Assembly: GCF_037042905.1 (NCBI RefSeq)
Contig: NC_087262.1
Location: 17,610,001-17,674,000 of the forward strand
Reading direction: 5' to 3'
DNA length: 64,000 nucleotides
From: Lytechinus pictus
Lineage: Eukaryota
A model generated the notes under the pieces. It was given only the letters and a program-made list of their open reading frames with translations, searched no databases and had not been told where the DNA came from. Numbering within the stretch: the stretch's first letter is position 1; the number at the start of each line of letters is the position of its first letter. Shown piece after piece: positions 1 through 13,300 of this stretch. Position numbers and translations under genes: made by a program.

Positions 1-42
1 TACCACAACCAAATCATTGCAAATATCTAACATCCACAATAC

Positions 43-96
43 CTCATCTTCGCTTGATGATTCACTCTCGGATTCGCTTTCGCTAGCTTTTTTCAC
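43..96 (-). CDS. ANK2: Short acidic exon after UPA
   Basis: 54 nt, phase 0/0, AAG|GTG...[27 protein letters not shown]. Confidence 0.7.
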
Positions 97-3000
97 CTTT
101 TAGAGGTAACATTGGCATCAGAGGAAAAAACAAATAGTATGAAACAGTTGAAACTAAGTTGAAAATGTATTTAAACTGGTTAAAACAAAGTTGCTGAAAG
201 GTCCTAAAAGAGTTTAGGAACTCAGTTCCTACCAGGTATGAATGTGATGTATGTGGATGGAGAGTGGCAAATAAATAAATACCATGTTTTTATTCAATAC
301 AATATGGAAAAACAACTTTAAGTCAATACCATCTTAGAGATGTCGAGATAAACAGCAATGAAAAATGAATGTTATGAAATATGTGGTGGAAAAAATGTGG
401 GGTTCACAAAATTTTAAACATATTTGAACCATTACCAATCTTTTGAAAACTATTAAGAAGAACTGTCTGAAAAGAAAAACATTTCAAACATGGTATAGAT
501 ATTATAATCAATTATATTTTATGTCTTTGGGCAATTAGAAGAGACCATTAAAGGGAACAAAGGAAAAACAAATCTAACATGAAAGTTGCTACTGGAATTT
601 GTTCAACTGATTTTCCTTGTTTCTTTTTAATATTTTCTTGCATTTAAATCTTGCAAATCAAGTTTTATAAAGGAATTAAAGAATGAACAAAAACTGCAGA
701 ATACAAAGAAAAGGTTAAGGATCAATCCTGAAACGTTTCACTAAGCTATCTCATGAAGTGACATCACTTGTCTTACAAGAAGAGAAAGAAGTCAAACTTT
801 AGCTATGATTTGGGGCATCTCCTTACCTTGACATACGATGGCATCGTGACGTTGAGGTTGCAAGCGGCCTTCTGGGGCGGAAGGCCTCTTGGCACCTTGG
901 GCTCACGCATGAAAGACAGTCGACCACATCGTTCGGACGACTGGTCGCGTACCCTGACGAAGAACGGTAGCCTGTTCTCATGGAAGGCGGTGAAGGCGAG
1001 GTTAAGTTGGTCACCAGACTTCTGTACAGGAACGAGGTTTCCTGCCATCTCGATGTAGACTGGTCTACTTTCTAGTACCTAGAGGACGAGAGATGCAATT
1101 TGTGGAGCCATTGATGAGGGAATGATCACCATAAAGGCAAATGACATCCAGAGATTTTCATGGGGTTTCTTATCTTCATCATTAAGGCTTGGTCCCACTG
1201 CACTTACAGATGCAGAGAGGATGTAAAACGGAAAAGAAACTTTTCATCCGTTGTGAAACGTTACGTATCCGTTGTGTACTCTTTGCATACGTGTTTCATA
1301 CGCTCTATATCCATCGAGCATCCACTGTGATTTCGTTGTTCGCCCATTTTGTTCATTGTCTGGAGCGGATGATAACGGATGGAGCCACCACAAAATTTGC
1401 TTGTCCGCTGTATCCATTATGAATACGTTTTGTGTCCGTCGGCCAGTGGGACCAAGCCTTAAGGAAATTCATTACAAAACTAATTCTTTCATATCATTGT
1501 CAATCATACAACCCAATTCAAAATATACAGAGTGGGCTACCATTCATCATCATTCAACAGTATGACACTTCTCTCCTAAGTACTACATGTATACACAAGT
1601 ACAACGCTAAAAATCAGTCAGTCAGTCGCTCTGTCGTACAAAGTTTTAAACCCATTTTTGTTCCCATAAAACAAGGGTTGGCGGATTCACCTCAAATTAG
1701 CGGCAATCGCCCTTACTCCCTCCCTCCACTTTGCAGGATTCCGTGCATCCTCCATCCTCAACCCATCCCTGCTATTCTCCTCCTCGGCTTGCTTTTTCCA
1801 CATCTTCATTGGTATACCCTTCTCGAACTCACCACCTCTAACTCCAAAGCCCTTTTAATAACATGCCCATACCATCGCATACTACGAACATTCTCTCAGA
1901 CTCCTCACCTCGACAAATTTACTCCTTGCTACTTCCTTGAAGTTCTCTTGTTGCTCAAGGGATTTTTCGCTCTTGTCGTCCGTCACGCAGAAGACGCGCA
2001 CCCTCCCTTCAATGGGGTCGTGCGTCTTGGCGTAGACGACAAACTTGGCCATGAAGGGAACTGCCTTGAGCTCTTGGTAGAGTTCTCTTGCAAAGTTACT
2101 CGCCTGGTCGATCTCTTTACAGTCCATTAGCCAAAATCTGCAGAGGGAATGGAATATATTATCGAGAGCCTTGATGATGTGGTATAAGGTTTTGTCTAAA
2201 AACAGGGTCTTGTGTATCAGTGTACAAATAAATACAAAGACCAAACAACACCAATACAAGTTTAAGTTTATACTCTTTTCCCATTACAAAAATGAGAAAA
2301 ATTACAGGAATAGAATCAAACAAGAACATGACAATAGTGTATTTCAATAAATGGCTTGAGGCTGCTTTCTCTAAAAAGGTGTAGTTTAATTATTATGATT
2401 TTACATGTAATATCTATTCACATAACTGGATCAAAGCACAAACAAAATTAAAAGAAGATGAATATGATCAGTTGTGAATCAATATGATCATAATATATTC
2501 CAACTAAGAGCCAAATACATATACCCTGGCTTTAGCACGGCTAGCACGGCTTCAAAGATCAGAGTTGGTCAAGCATTCAAGGAATTCCTTCCTACCAGTA
2601 CCCATTTATAACACCCGGTTGAAGAGTGGCAAATTTAGATAAATGCCTTGCCAAATGACACGAGTTCTGCGGTGGGATTTGATCCCCAGACCCTGAGGTG
2701 TAAGGCCTGAGGCCATCTTACAAAGAGTTGCGATTGATCCGATCAATCGCAACTATGGAAAGCCGGCCACGTCAACATCTTAAATACATGTTTGTTCAAA
2801 ATATTTTATATGAATGACCATAATTCACATATTCATTGTTTTCTTGACAATATAGTATGCTTCTCTTCGTCTTCAAAGGACAATGAGCAGATTTCCTAGA
2901 GAAAAAATTATGGCATTAACGGATTTCCATAAATTTGAGATTGATCGGATCAGTCGTAACTCTTTGTAAGACGGGGCCCAGGGGCCCGTTGCAGAAAGAG

Positions 3001-4244
3001 TTGCAATCAATCGCAACTCTAAAAATCTTGCGCAACTTGATTTTCAACCAATCAACAGCGCGCATTTGGGACTTGCGATTGATTTTTTGGCTTGCGTTTA
3101 AACACAACTCTTTCTGCAACGGGCTCCAGGTCATTTTATAAAGAACTGGATCACTCTTACCTTGCTGAGACTGTGGTTGTGAAGGAGACGCAGTCGTTAA
3201 CGAAGGTCAGAGGAGTTGTACCGGTGATGTCTTCCCATTGCGCTGGTGCAGTGCCACCTAAAGGAGACACGGTTAATCATAATTGATGAGTGTATATACA
3301 TTCATCTGAACACTATCTTTGCTTTGAAACACATAGGAATGTGAAAAGTTGATCCATAACTTTTGAAATATAGATCATGCTCAATAATAATAATAATATG
3401 CAACATTAATATGTGCTTAATACAAATGGTTCTAAGCGCTGCATACTATTACCCTAGCTTAGCACGACTACCCTGATCGGGCGCATCGAGCATTCAAGGA
3501 ATTCCTTCCTACCGGGTACCCATTTACTACACCTGGGTGAAGAGTGGCAAATGTAGATAAACGCCTTGCCAATACATGGAGGTAATTTTCTAACTACTAA
3601 ATAAATTATTTAAAAAAACATATCTATTTCTTCAAACATGCATTATTTATTTGGCACTTATCTTAATCACAACTAGCCAAACTCTGATCATTCATCTAAA
3701 CAATACAATGCTTCAGTATGCAAATAATTAAGCTACAAAAACACATGTGTTCGGACATACCTGTAATACTACAGAGAAGCCTAAGAGTAGGGAAATCCCC
3801 TCCATACCCATTGATAACCCCTTGGTTGTATGCCGTGGGTACGGGGATGGTTACCGTGATGGGCTTGTGGAATTTCCGGCGTCGTGGCTCGATGGTGACG
3901 ATGGGGCTGACCATGACACGGTTTCCTAAGACCTTCTTGACGACATCGTTTCCAACTGGTTGAGCCTGGAGGGGGGAAAGTATGAAACATTAGACAAATG
4001 GATAGATCAAAAGCTTGTATAGTGTAAAAGTATTTTTCTTTGCCTTCATCTGTGTAAATCAAAAGATTTAAAATACTATCGTTGTTCAAATAACACATGA
4101 GATAAGTATGACACAAAATTAAAAATATACTTAGCAATCATACAACAAATACTGTAACTATAAACATGAAACTCCATTGACAAAGTTCTGACATAATTTC
4201 ACCTATCTAAGATTTGTTAGTTATGCTAAAACATACACATGCTG

Positions 4245-4325
<81 letters not shown>

Positions 4326-7300
4326 TCCACCATCATCATCATCATCACCATTTTTCATACACCCCAAGGGGTCATCATCATCATTTTTTATACAACCCCC
4401 TCCCCCCACACACACCCAAGCACACTCACAGACTGAATATATGTAATATACATGTGAACTCATTCTCCAATGGGTTACAAATGGCTGTACAAAGAATACT
4501 CCACCAAAAGAAAATTATTGGCCACTCTGGAAATCTATCCACTGGGTGATTTCAAGTCTGGTGTTGGCATTGGTGTTAGTGTGGGAATTTGGATTGCTTC
4601 CCCTAGCTCCAAAACCTATTCTGAGTTTGTAAAACTGATCCAGATCACATTATTGACACCTCAACAACTAGTGAGTGACTTTTCAGGACCATCTTCATTG
4701 TATGTTTGGTGTTATACTTGTGTGAAAAATGACCTAATACCAACACCAAAAGCTCAACACTGAAGTTGAAATCACCCAGTGACGGCACTAGCTTGTGACG
4801 TTAAATTACAGTTTAATAAGCCTATCTTGCTCATTTTAAACACGATATGTTAGAAATCTCAATTTTTTATTCTCTCACCTGCAGTCCCACTTTAATCTTT
4901 TTGGTGAGGGTTCCTTCTGGGAACACTGCCTGGACCTGTGGAACGACCGTTGAGTTCAACATGCCTCCTGATGGACCAATCGTATTGGTCTCCTGGCGTA
5001 CCCTTGAGATGATTGCAAAGTATTGTGGGAAATCCTTGGTCAAGATACGGCACATGCGGCGGTCCGTCTGGCCCTTGGACTGATCATTGTCTAGGGAGAG
5101 AAGTTAATATAACCTTTATATAGGCATAATCACTCTCAGATATGTACTCAGATAACTATGAAACTGATTTCTACCTCATTTTCAAAAGTTTTTTAATTAG
5201 TAGAAGACGAAAGAAATAACGGGTTGAATTTAGGATAAAGCATTAATGGAAAGGATGGCCAAATAACACTATTTTACATGCATCTTGTTTTTTTTTCTCC
5301 AAATGTTTCAAATATCATAAATCATTATCATTACTATGCCATAAAACAAAAATCTAATGTCTCAACATATTGTTCAAAATATATTAATGACATTTAGTAT
5401 TTGGATAAATAAGTATATCCCACATTGAAATAGATAAAATTGATATTCTTTTTTATTAAAACTATCAGTGATAACATATATACTATACATGTAGACTGAA
5501 AATCACTTAAATGTGAAAACACAAAAAAACTCATGAAGAGGTAAAAGGTTAAAGGTCATTACCCTCCACATCATATCCCTCCATTGATTTTTGGATTTCC
5601 TCGTCCGAAGCATCCAAGGAATGCTCCTTCCACGTCTCCCCAGTCTCACTGCGAAGGATCACGATCTCACGCTCATTGCCGCGAAGTGAGGCAAAGTGCG
5701 GCACCTCGATCAAAACTGGCCTGTTATCATGGAGAAAAGCAGCATATAATGTTAATATAATTACACAGGGATGATTATATTGGATATAGCCTATGTTTGT
5801 AATGTTATTGTATCGGTGTGTACATTTTTTTCCTTTTTTCTTAGTTACCTTATGCTTATTCCTTTTCTATAAACATGCAACCCATTAATAGATTATCCTT
5901 TCCTTTTTTTTTCTTACTGTTTTCATGTAGAATAATGGCAAAATTATCATGGGGATGTGATGCAAACTCCCAAGTTGAAGACATATTTAACACAATTTGT
6001 CATGATAATAATAGATTATCTTATCTTAACCCACTTTCATCACTGCTTTAATAATGCAAAAATTCTGCCGTTGATTGGTGAATAATCTATTTAAATTATT
6101 GATGACATTAGTAGACTCCAACCAAATAAAAGTATAAGTAGTAATCTTCACAAACTAAGAATTACATCTAGGTTTAAACCCATTAAGAGCTCTTAATTTG
6201 AAACCATTGTATGCACTGATCCATAGAACTCTTCTAACAGTTTTTTCTATCTCAGTCATCTACTTATAAATGTGATTTATCTCCGACTAGTGGAAAGCAG
6301 TGCAAATGTTTCTTCTGTTTGTGAAGTTAAGTGATATCAGGAAGTGCAGCTAATGCATTTTTGTTTTTAGAGATATAAAATGTGTCAGGATTTGAAATGG
6401 TATTTACATGATAACATTGATCCTATACTAACACATGGGTCACACTTCCACTGATTTTTCCAGTCTAAAAAAAAAAATGTGAGGTTACTCTAGAAATTTA
6501 ACCTTCGGTATTAACTCTTTACCATTAATTACTTCTAACGCTTTGTATCAAACCATTACACACTACTATCATGTTCTGTAAATATGACAGTTTATATCTT
6601 GACAACTCCTTGGGAAAGATTTTTACAATCTTTGCAATCGTTCGATGATGAAGGATAAAATCAAAGAGCACTTCAAGACCATGCCTTAATGAGTATGATA
6701 TAAAAACAAACAAACTGAAGTATGAGAGTATGGTTTTAGAACTCAAAAGAAAGAATTATTCAATGCTGTATCACTTGCACACCATGCTTCTGGAAGAAAT
6801 CTTTGTGATTAAATACAATTATTTTGACTAAACTAGGGATAGGACTGGAAATCAAGTCAATCAAATCCCCACTTTGGGTTATTTTCCTGGCAATTTGTTG
6901 TTACCATTCCGATAACCTGAAAAATTTGGAGCAATAGATACTGGAAACATTAACTGGCAAACATTCATAACATAATTTGGATTTCCAAGTATTAGTTATA
7001 GAGTATAATATAATTATATACATGTAAATATGAAGGGGTATTAATTAGGGTACATATAAGAAAGAGTAATATAGACAGAGGGAAAACACGCAAAAGTAAA
7101 TATGAGATAAACAATATCTTGTGTTTGTTTTCTTTTGAAATTTACTTTTTAAGCTTAGGTAAAAGACAGGTGACTATGATTACGACAAGTGTTGAAGTAA
7201 CACAAAGCAACATGAACTCTGAAAAGTCATCATTCAAATATGTTAGATCTATGGGAAGTTCTTGATAAATAAAGTTGACAAAGGAAGATGGAAATGAGTG

Positions 7301-10300
7301 ATTCGATGTTCTTCATATCAATGAGAGGTTGGCAGGCGCATATATTACAACTATTTAGATTACTTCAAAAAGTTAATCAATGAACAACATGGCTTTGTCA
7401 ATAATAACAGCATTTCATTTATCTTATCTTTAAAATGTTTAATAGTTAAGATGCATTCTAACATACAGGTACTTGGAGTTATGCATTGCTTATCATAATA
7501 TTGATATTAATGAATCATAATGATTAAATCTCTAATTAATTACAACAAAAGGGAAAGTTTCACCTTTCCAGAAAAATATTTATTATATAAAAAGCTGTAC
7601 CTATGTCCTATCTGATAAGATGTATGAAAACTCTGTCTGGGAGGGGGGTTCGATCCACATGCAATTTCTTTGGAAAATTATCCAAACTATATGCAAGCAA
7701 CTTTTAACTCTCTCCATAAAAAATGACAACTTTAATACAAAAACCATGTATCTGTTTATCTTTTTGAAGATGAAAAGAATACCTGACATAGCCAATTTAA
7801 ACTAGACCATTTTAATGAAATACCAAGAACCATTTAATAATCATTAATTATTCTACAATATCAGAAAGAATTGAGACGGAATTCAAACCCAATAAGCACT
7901 GTTGGATATTATCAAATATAACCAATAACATGGTGACCCACAGGGATGTGTTGTGGGACCTATACTATGTGAATCTTAGAATAGTAGTGAAGGGTTCCCT
8001 TTCTGGGGGAAACTTGTGGACTATTCTTGTGCACTTAGACATGTGATCATATACATGTAAAAAACCATGCTGCACGGCAAAACCATGCACAATCGTTTGA
8101 AGAAAAATGAAAATAAAAACAGCCTCATGAATATTCACGATTTGTGTCTCTTTTTCTTTTGTCAATGATCAGGATCATGCTGACCATTACTTGCTGATAA
8201 CATGCAGTGAAAATGTGCATCACAAGACAAAACAGTTTACTCTCATTCACACATACCGCAAAAACTTTTCACTCGGCGGCCCCATTTCAATGATTCGGCT
8301 ACAGAGGGCTTCGCCGTCGTTAAGGGGAGGGTAGGTCACGCTCTTATTTCCAAGACCCCTGAGGTCAAAGGTCAACGATCCAAGGGAGAGGTCAAATAAT
8401 TGTTGAATGAAACCATGATATAAACCAAACAGGGATGGATGATGAAGATGATTGGAAGATAAGGAGGTCATCGTCATGGAGATGGAATGAGGAAATGGAA
8501 GAGGAGGATGGGTGGATGTCGCCAAGGAGAGGAGCGAAATGATTAAATCAAAGGAATAAGAAACAAAATCCATGAGGAAAGATTTGGAGGGAAAAGAGAC
8601 AAAGACAATTGTGACGTTAGAAACACAAAGTGATGACAAACTGCATTAATGTAACAAAACAATGTTAATACACACCAAACGGTAACGAACATAATCAGAA
8701 TAAAATGCTTAGTTTTGTTAAAAAGCTTCAAAATTTGTCAATGTTAAATGCAATAAATTGTCTACTTTGTTGAAAAGATGCAAGGCTAAATTGCAATGTA
8801 AGAATCAGCATTGGTTTCTAAATTTCTTAAAGAAGTAAATGAAGTATTAAATGATTAATTTCTTATCTTCAAGCATTCATTCAATTGAATTCATTGCTAT
8901 TTCAATGACTACTTTAGGTGAGTAAAAACAAAATTAATGTTTGTTTTTTTCATTTACAATTTGAAAGAAATTCTAATGTGTCAATATGACAAACATAAAC
9001 AAAACATTGAGTGACATGATAAACGCAACATGAAATTAAGAACATACTGAAATGAAGCAGAAGCTCTGTATTATCAAGTGTGAAAATTATCAAAAGAATT
9101 AAATAAATGAGCATTTTTTAACATATCATTGACATGATGAGGACAAGCAAGTGAATAACATGTTTAAAGCAACAATGGTGATGATCAATACATGTATGGG
9201 CAACAGGGCTATATTTATTAAACACAATTACCAGAAATTATATTTAAAAAATATATATTTTTTTCAAAATCATGAGAAACTGGTATCAAATAAAAAAAAA
9301 AAACAGTCATTGTCTATAAATGAAACTGGAGGATTCGCTAAAACATTTTTTTTTTTAAAGAATAAAACCTGCAATTTTAAACTGATAACTGAATCAAATA
9401 TATGTTATCAAACATCATGAAATGGACCATTTTTTATTATAAGAGGTTCACTCTTTATAAATCAATGTTTCCTTCTTTTGTTTTCATATTTTTAGTAGAC
9501 GGTAGGGGCACCTTGATTTGCATGTGCTGTAGGAGTACTTGTCACACACTGATGTAAAGATTTCAATAATTGACCATTCAAATATAGCTCTCAAAAAGTG
9601 GAAGTGTTAGCAACAATTAATTGTATTGTATGAATTACAAAAGCAACATGTAGATGGATACAGTGTACAAATGAATTGCTACAAGAAGTATTTTGACTAA
9701 CAATAAATATGAACAGAACAGGGTTCCAAGGTACCCAAAGATTTGAATAATGCATCACCAACGATGGAAAACAAAACCAAACAATATAATCGGGACCTTA
9801 GAAATTAAGTTACATCAAAATGTGTTTGAAGGACTTTTCTTCTGTATTTTTGGGGGTTTGGGAATAATTTTTTTGTTATTCATTCAATGTTTTGATGTTA
9901 AAATTTGCAGCATAAAAAAAATTTAAATACAAAATAATCATGATGGTGATTACTTTCAACAGTGTTAGTTTGTGAATGACACACCGCAAAATGGACGACA
10001 AAAAATAAAACGATGCCGCACAACACTTATGTTATGTATTTGGTTAAGTCGGCAACACAATAGTCCTACCCTAAGAACTGGGTGTTGGCTGGCCCAACCT
10101 CGAGAACTCGGCTTGCGAGGGATTCGTTCTCCATAAGGGGTGGCTGGGTGGTGAGCTTGGTGCGCTTGATGAGGCGGCAGGTGACCCGTGTGGGACCGGA
10201 GGCGCGCTGTGGGGGTACCACGACACGGAGGCCGGGTAGACGACAGCTACGCATGGTACCACCACGGGCATCCACTATGAAGCTGATCAAGAAACTGTTG

Positions 10301-13300
10301 GTAAAAAGAAAAAGAGACAAAAATGCCAAAAAAATGAGAGAAGATAGAGGTCAAATATATGAACAAAGATATAGCGACGAGAAACAGACACACCAACTGG
10401 AGAAGACAGAATGACAATTAAAAATGATAACAAATAACTCTAGTTGTGAGTTTGTCTAATTATCATGTATACTAATTCACAAACCATCATCTGCAAAGAT
10501 ATCAAGATGGTTTTCATCTATTGAATGACCCTGTTCTTCATTTATTTCTATTCAAATTTCATTTTCAACTTTAATTCATCTCTATAGCATGATATTTACC
10601 ACAAACTCAAGACCATAAAAAAATTCCTTACACAAAATTTACAATACTCCACATATACAAATGGAGATAAAGTTTAGCTAAGTGGACAAAGCATCTTTAT
10701 CTTGAGGGGAGGTAGAACTTGTTTCTACAAAGTTGCATTACAAACAGAAAATTGCTGAATAACGTAGTAATCGATATGTTGATAGTGGTGGTGGAGATCT
10801 TTGTTTTGTTTTTGTGGTTTTTTTAATCTCTAAGCATAAACTCTCACCCTGCAAAGAATGGCATCTGGTTGATCGGTGCATTGTCTAGCGTGACGGACAC
10901 CGGCCGGCCGTTGGGTCCAAATGCCTTGCCAGGGATGAGGCGGCCATTATCATCGACGTAAGGATCTCCAATGTTGTATGTCTTTCCATTGAGGGTGATG
11001 ACGGGACCGGTTGAGAGGCGGTTAGGGGTGGAGCTTAGAAGGGGCGGAGCCGACTCCACAGTGCTCTATGGAAAGATGTGATGAAAGACATCCCTCATTC
11101 AATCAAATTCTAATAAATTTATTTTTATTTATATATTTTTTTAAATTTACTTTCATGTATTTTAAATACAGGCCTCTGCCAAATGATTCTGATAGAAAAT
11201 AAGTACTAGCCGAGAAATGAGCAAGATAAAGCATGACATTTCTTTGCTTATTGACGGGTCTTTTTCCAAGCAATAACAATACACATTCCCATACACTGCC
11301 ATCTATGTTGTTCTTCGATGTGCTCACTATTGATTAGGTTTGCATAAATTTACGAGATATTGAGCTTCGATATGCTTGACTTCTCATGAAGTTATTGCTT
11401 GCTATGACTACTTGAGTTTAACTCTAAAATGTAGGTAATCATTTAAAGTCAATATTTTCAAATTAAACACACAATAAAATGGCCAGTTAAATAGTTTGCA
11501 AAAAAAATATTCCACACCTGGGGTGTTGGATTTCTTGAATTAGCTCAACTTCCAATCCATAAATTAGAGGAACCAAACAGGAAAGAGAACAATTTGTGAG
11601 TCATACCTGGGTAGTAGCTGTGATCATCTCTCCCTCGATGAGGCTCTCATCTGGGCGTCCAAGGGGTGCATTGTAGTCCCTGTTGAGGGTGCTATTCCTG
11701 GAATCCATGGTGCTGTAACCGGTCGGGCTGTAGGCGGGGCGACCCTTGTCGTTCCCATAGTGACCAGACAGGGATTCATGACCGGTGTAGTAGTTCATGA
11801 TCTGTTAGGGTGGGTGGGTGGGTGGGGTATTAGAGTTGATTGAATAGGTGGTCAATAGAATGTTTTCCTAATACATTAAAGTAGGCCTGTCTATTAACTG
11901 ATTCAAGTGTGTACAGCATGACAGAGCATTCCTATCACCTGTTCGCAATTAATAAACTACAATAGCGCGATAAAATACTTGGAATCCATTTGCATTCTTT
12001 ATTTGTTGCTATGTCTTGCAAATCTCTGGTTTCAGGTTATGAGAACCTTTGTTTAGAATGTATGCATACAATTTGAACATGTTATCTTAACAGGTCTATT
12101 GTTTGGATTGTTACGTCAAGCATGTTTATTATTGCCTGAGATACACCTGACATATCATGAATGATGATTAACAATACCTGGATTCCAGTTAGTCTGTAGC
12201 CACATACCCTTGGGTTTCATATAGTGCATAATACAGAGTCTGAACTAAAAGACTACATTTACTCATGTACAGTGAATGGTATTAGACAGAGATTTGTCAT
12301 CATGGGATATTTCTTTATATCAACTTGCTAATAGTTTCCCCCCATCTCTTACTGGTTCTCCCCGCATCCAATCCTCCTCCCAAGATCGGCGGTGGTCATT
12401 GACGACGGAATCATCGCCCATGGTTCTGATCTCCTGTGGGGTTAGTAGAGACTGGTCACCTGTCATGGATACGTCATCCCCTGTAATACCATATATACAT
12501 TGCATACATTGATTAATCATGAAAATCTGGTTACCAGTCTATTTAGAGATTGAATAGGGTTCCTGTAATACACACACGTATACATTGAACACACTGATTA
12601 ATCATGGAAAACTAGTTACTAATCTGTTTATGAGATTGGAGAGATTTTCATACATACACTTGGATATGTACTTCACTATATTAAAGGGATACTCCGGGCT
12701 GAAAATATGTTCAATCTAACTAAATAGAGTAAAATTCACAGAGCACAGTGCTGAAAATTTGATCAAAATCGGATAACAAATAACAAGCTTTTTAATTTTA
12801 AAGATTTGCATTATTATATGACGTCATATCCCCACTTGTTCTTTTGTATTTTATTATATGAAATTAGGTTAATTCAAAAATTTTCTACAAAGAACTAAAA
12901 CAATTGGATTGGCAACTGATTAAGAGCATTCGTTATTTATTGCTGTAACTTATTTCACCAAAATGGATACACATCATTTACACATGTATGAAAAAATGAA
13001 ACAATTATGATTTCATGTAATAAACACAAGAAAAAGGAAAATGGGGATATGGGGATATGACATCATCAGCCCACCTAATGAATATTCATGATGATGTGCA
13101 TATAACTGTTTTCACAATATATTGATAAACTTTAAAATTCAATAACTATGTTCTTTGTTATCTGATTTTGATCAAATTTTCAGCATTTTTCTCTGTGAAT
13201 TTTACTATATTTATCTAGATATAAATTTTTATCTTTTATTTATCTAGATATAAATAAGTGACATGTCTATATTGATCACCTGCTCATTAAGACCACATTA

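Noticed and set aside
1432..2130. 232-aa plus-strand ORF
   Set aside because: Antisense shadow of an ankyrin exon plus intron and MITE end; no recognisable domain
4214..4549. Poly-His and poly-Asp ORFs
   Set aside because: Translations of a (CAT)n microsatellite
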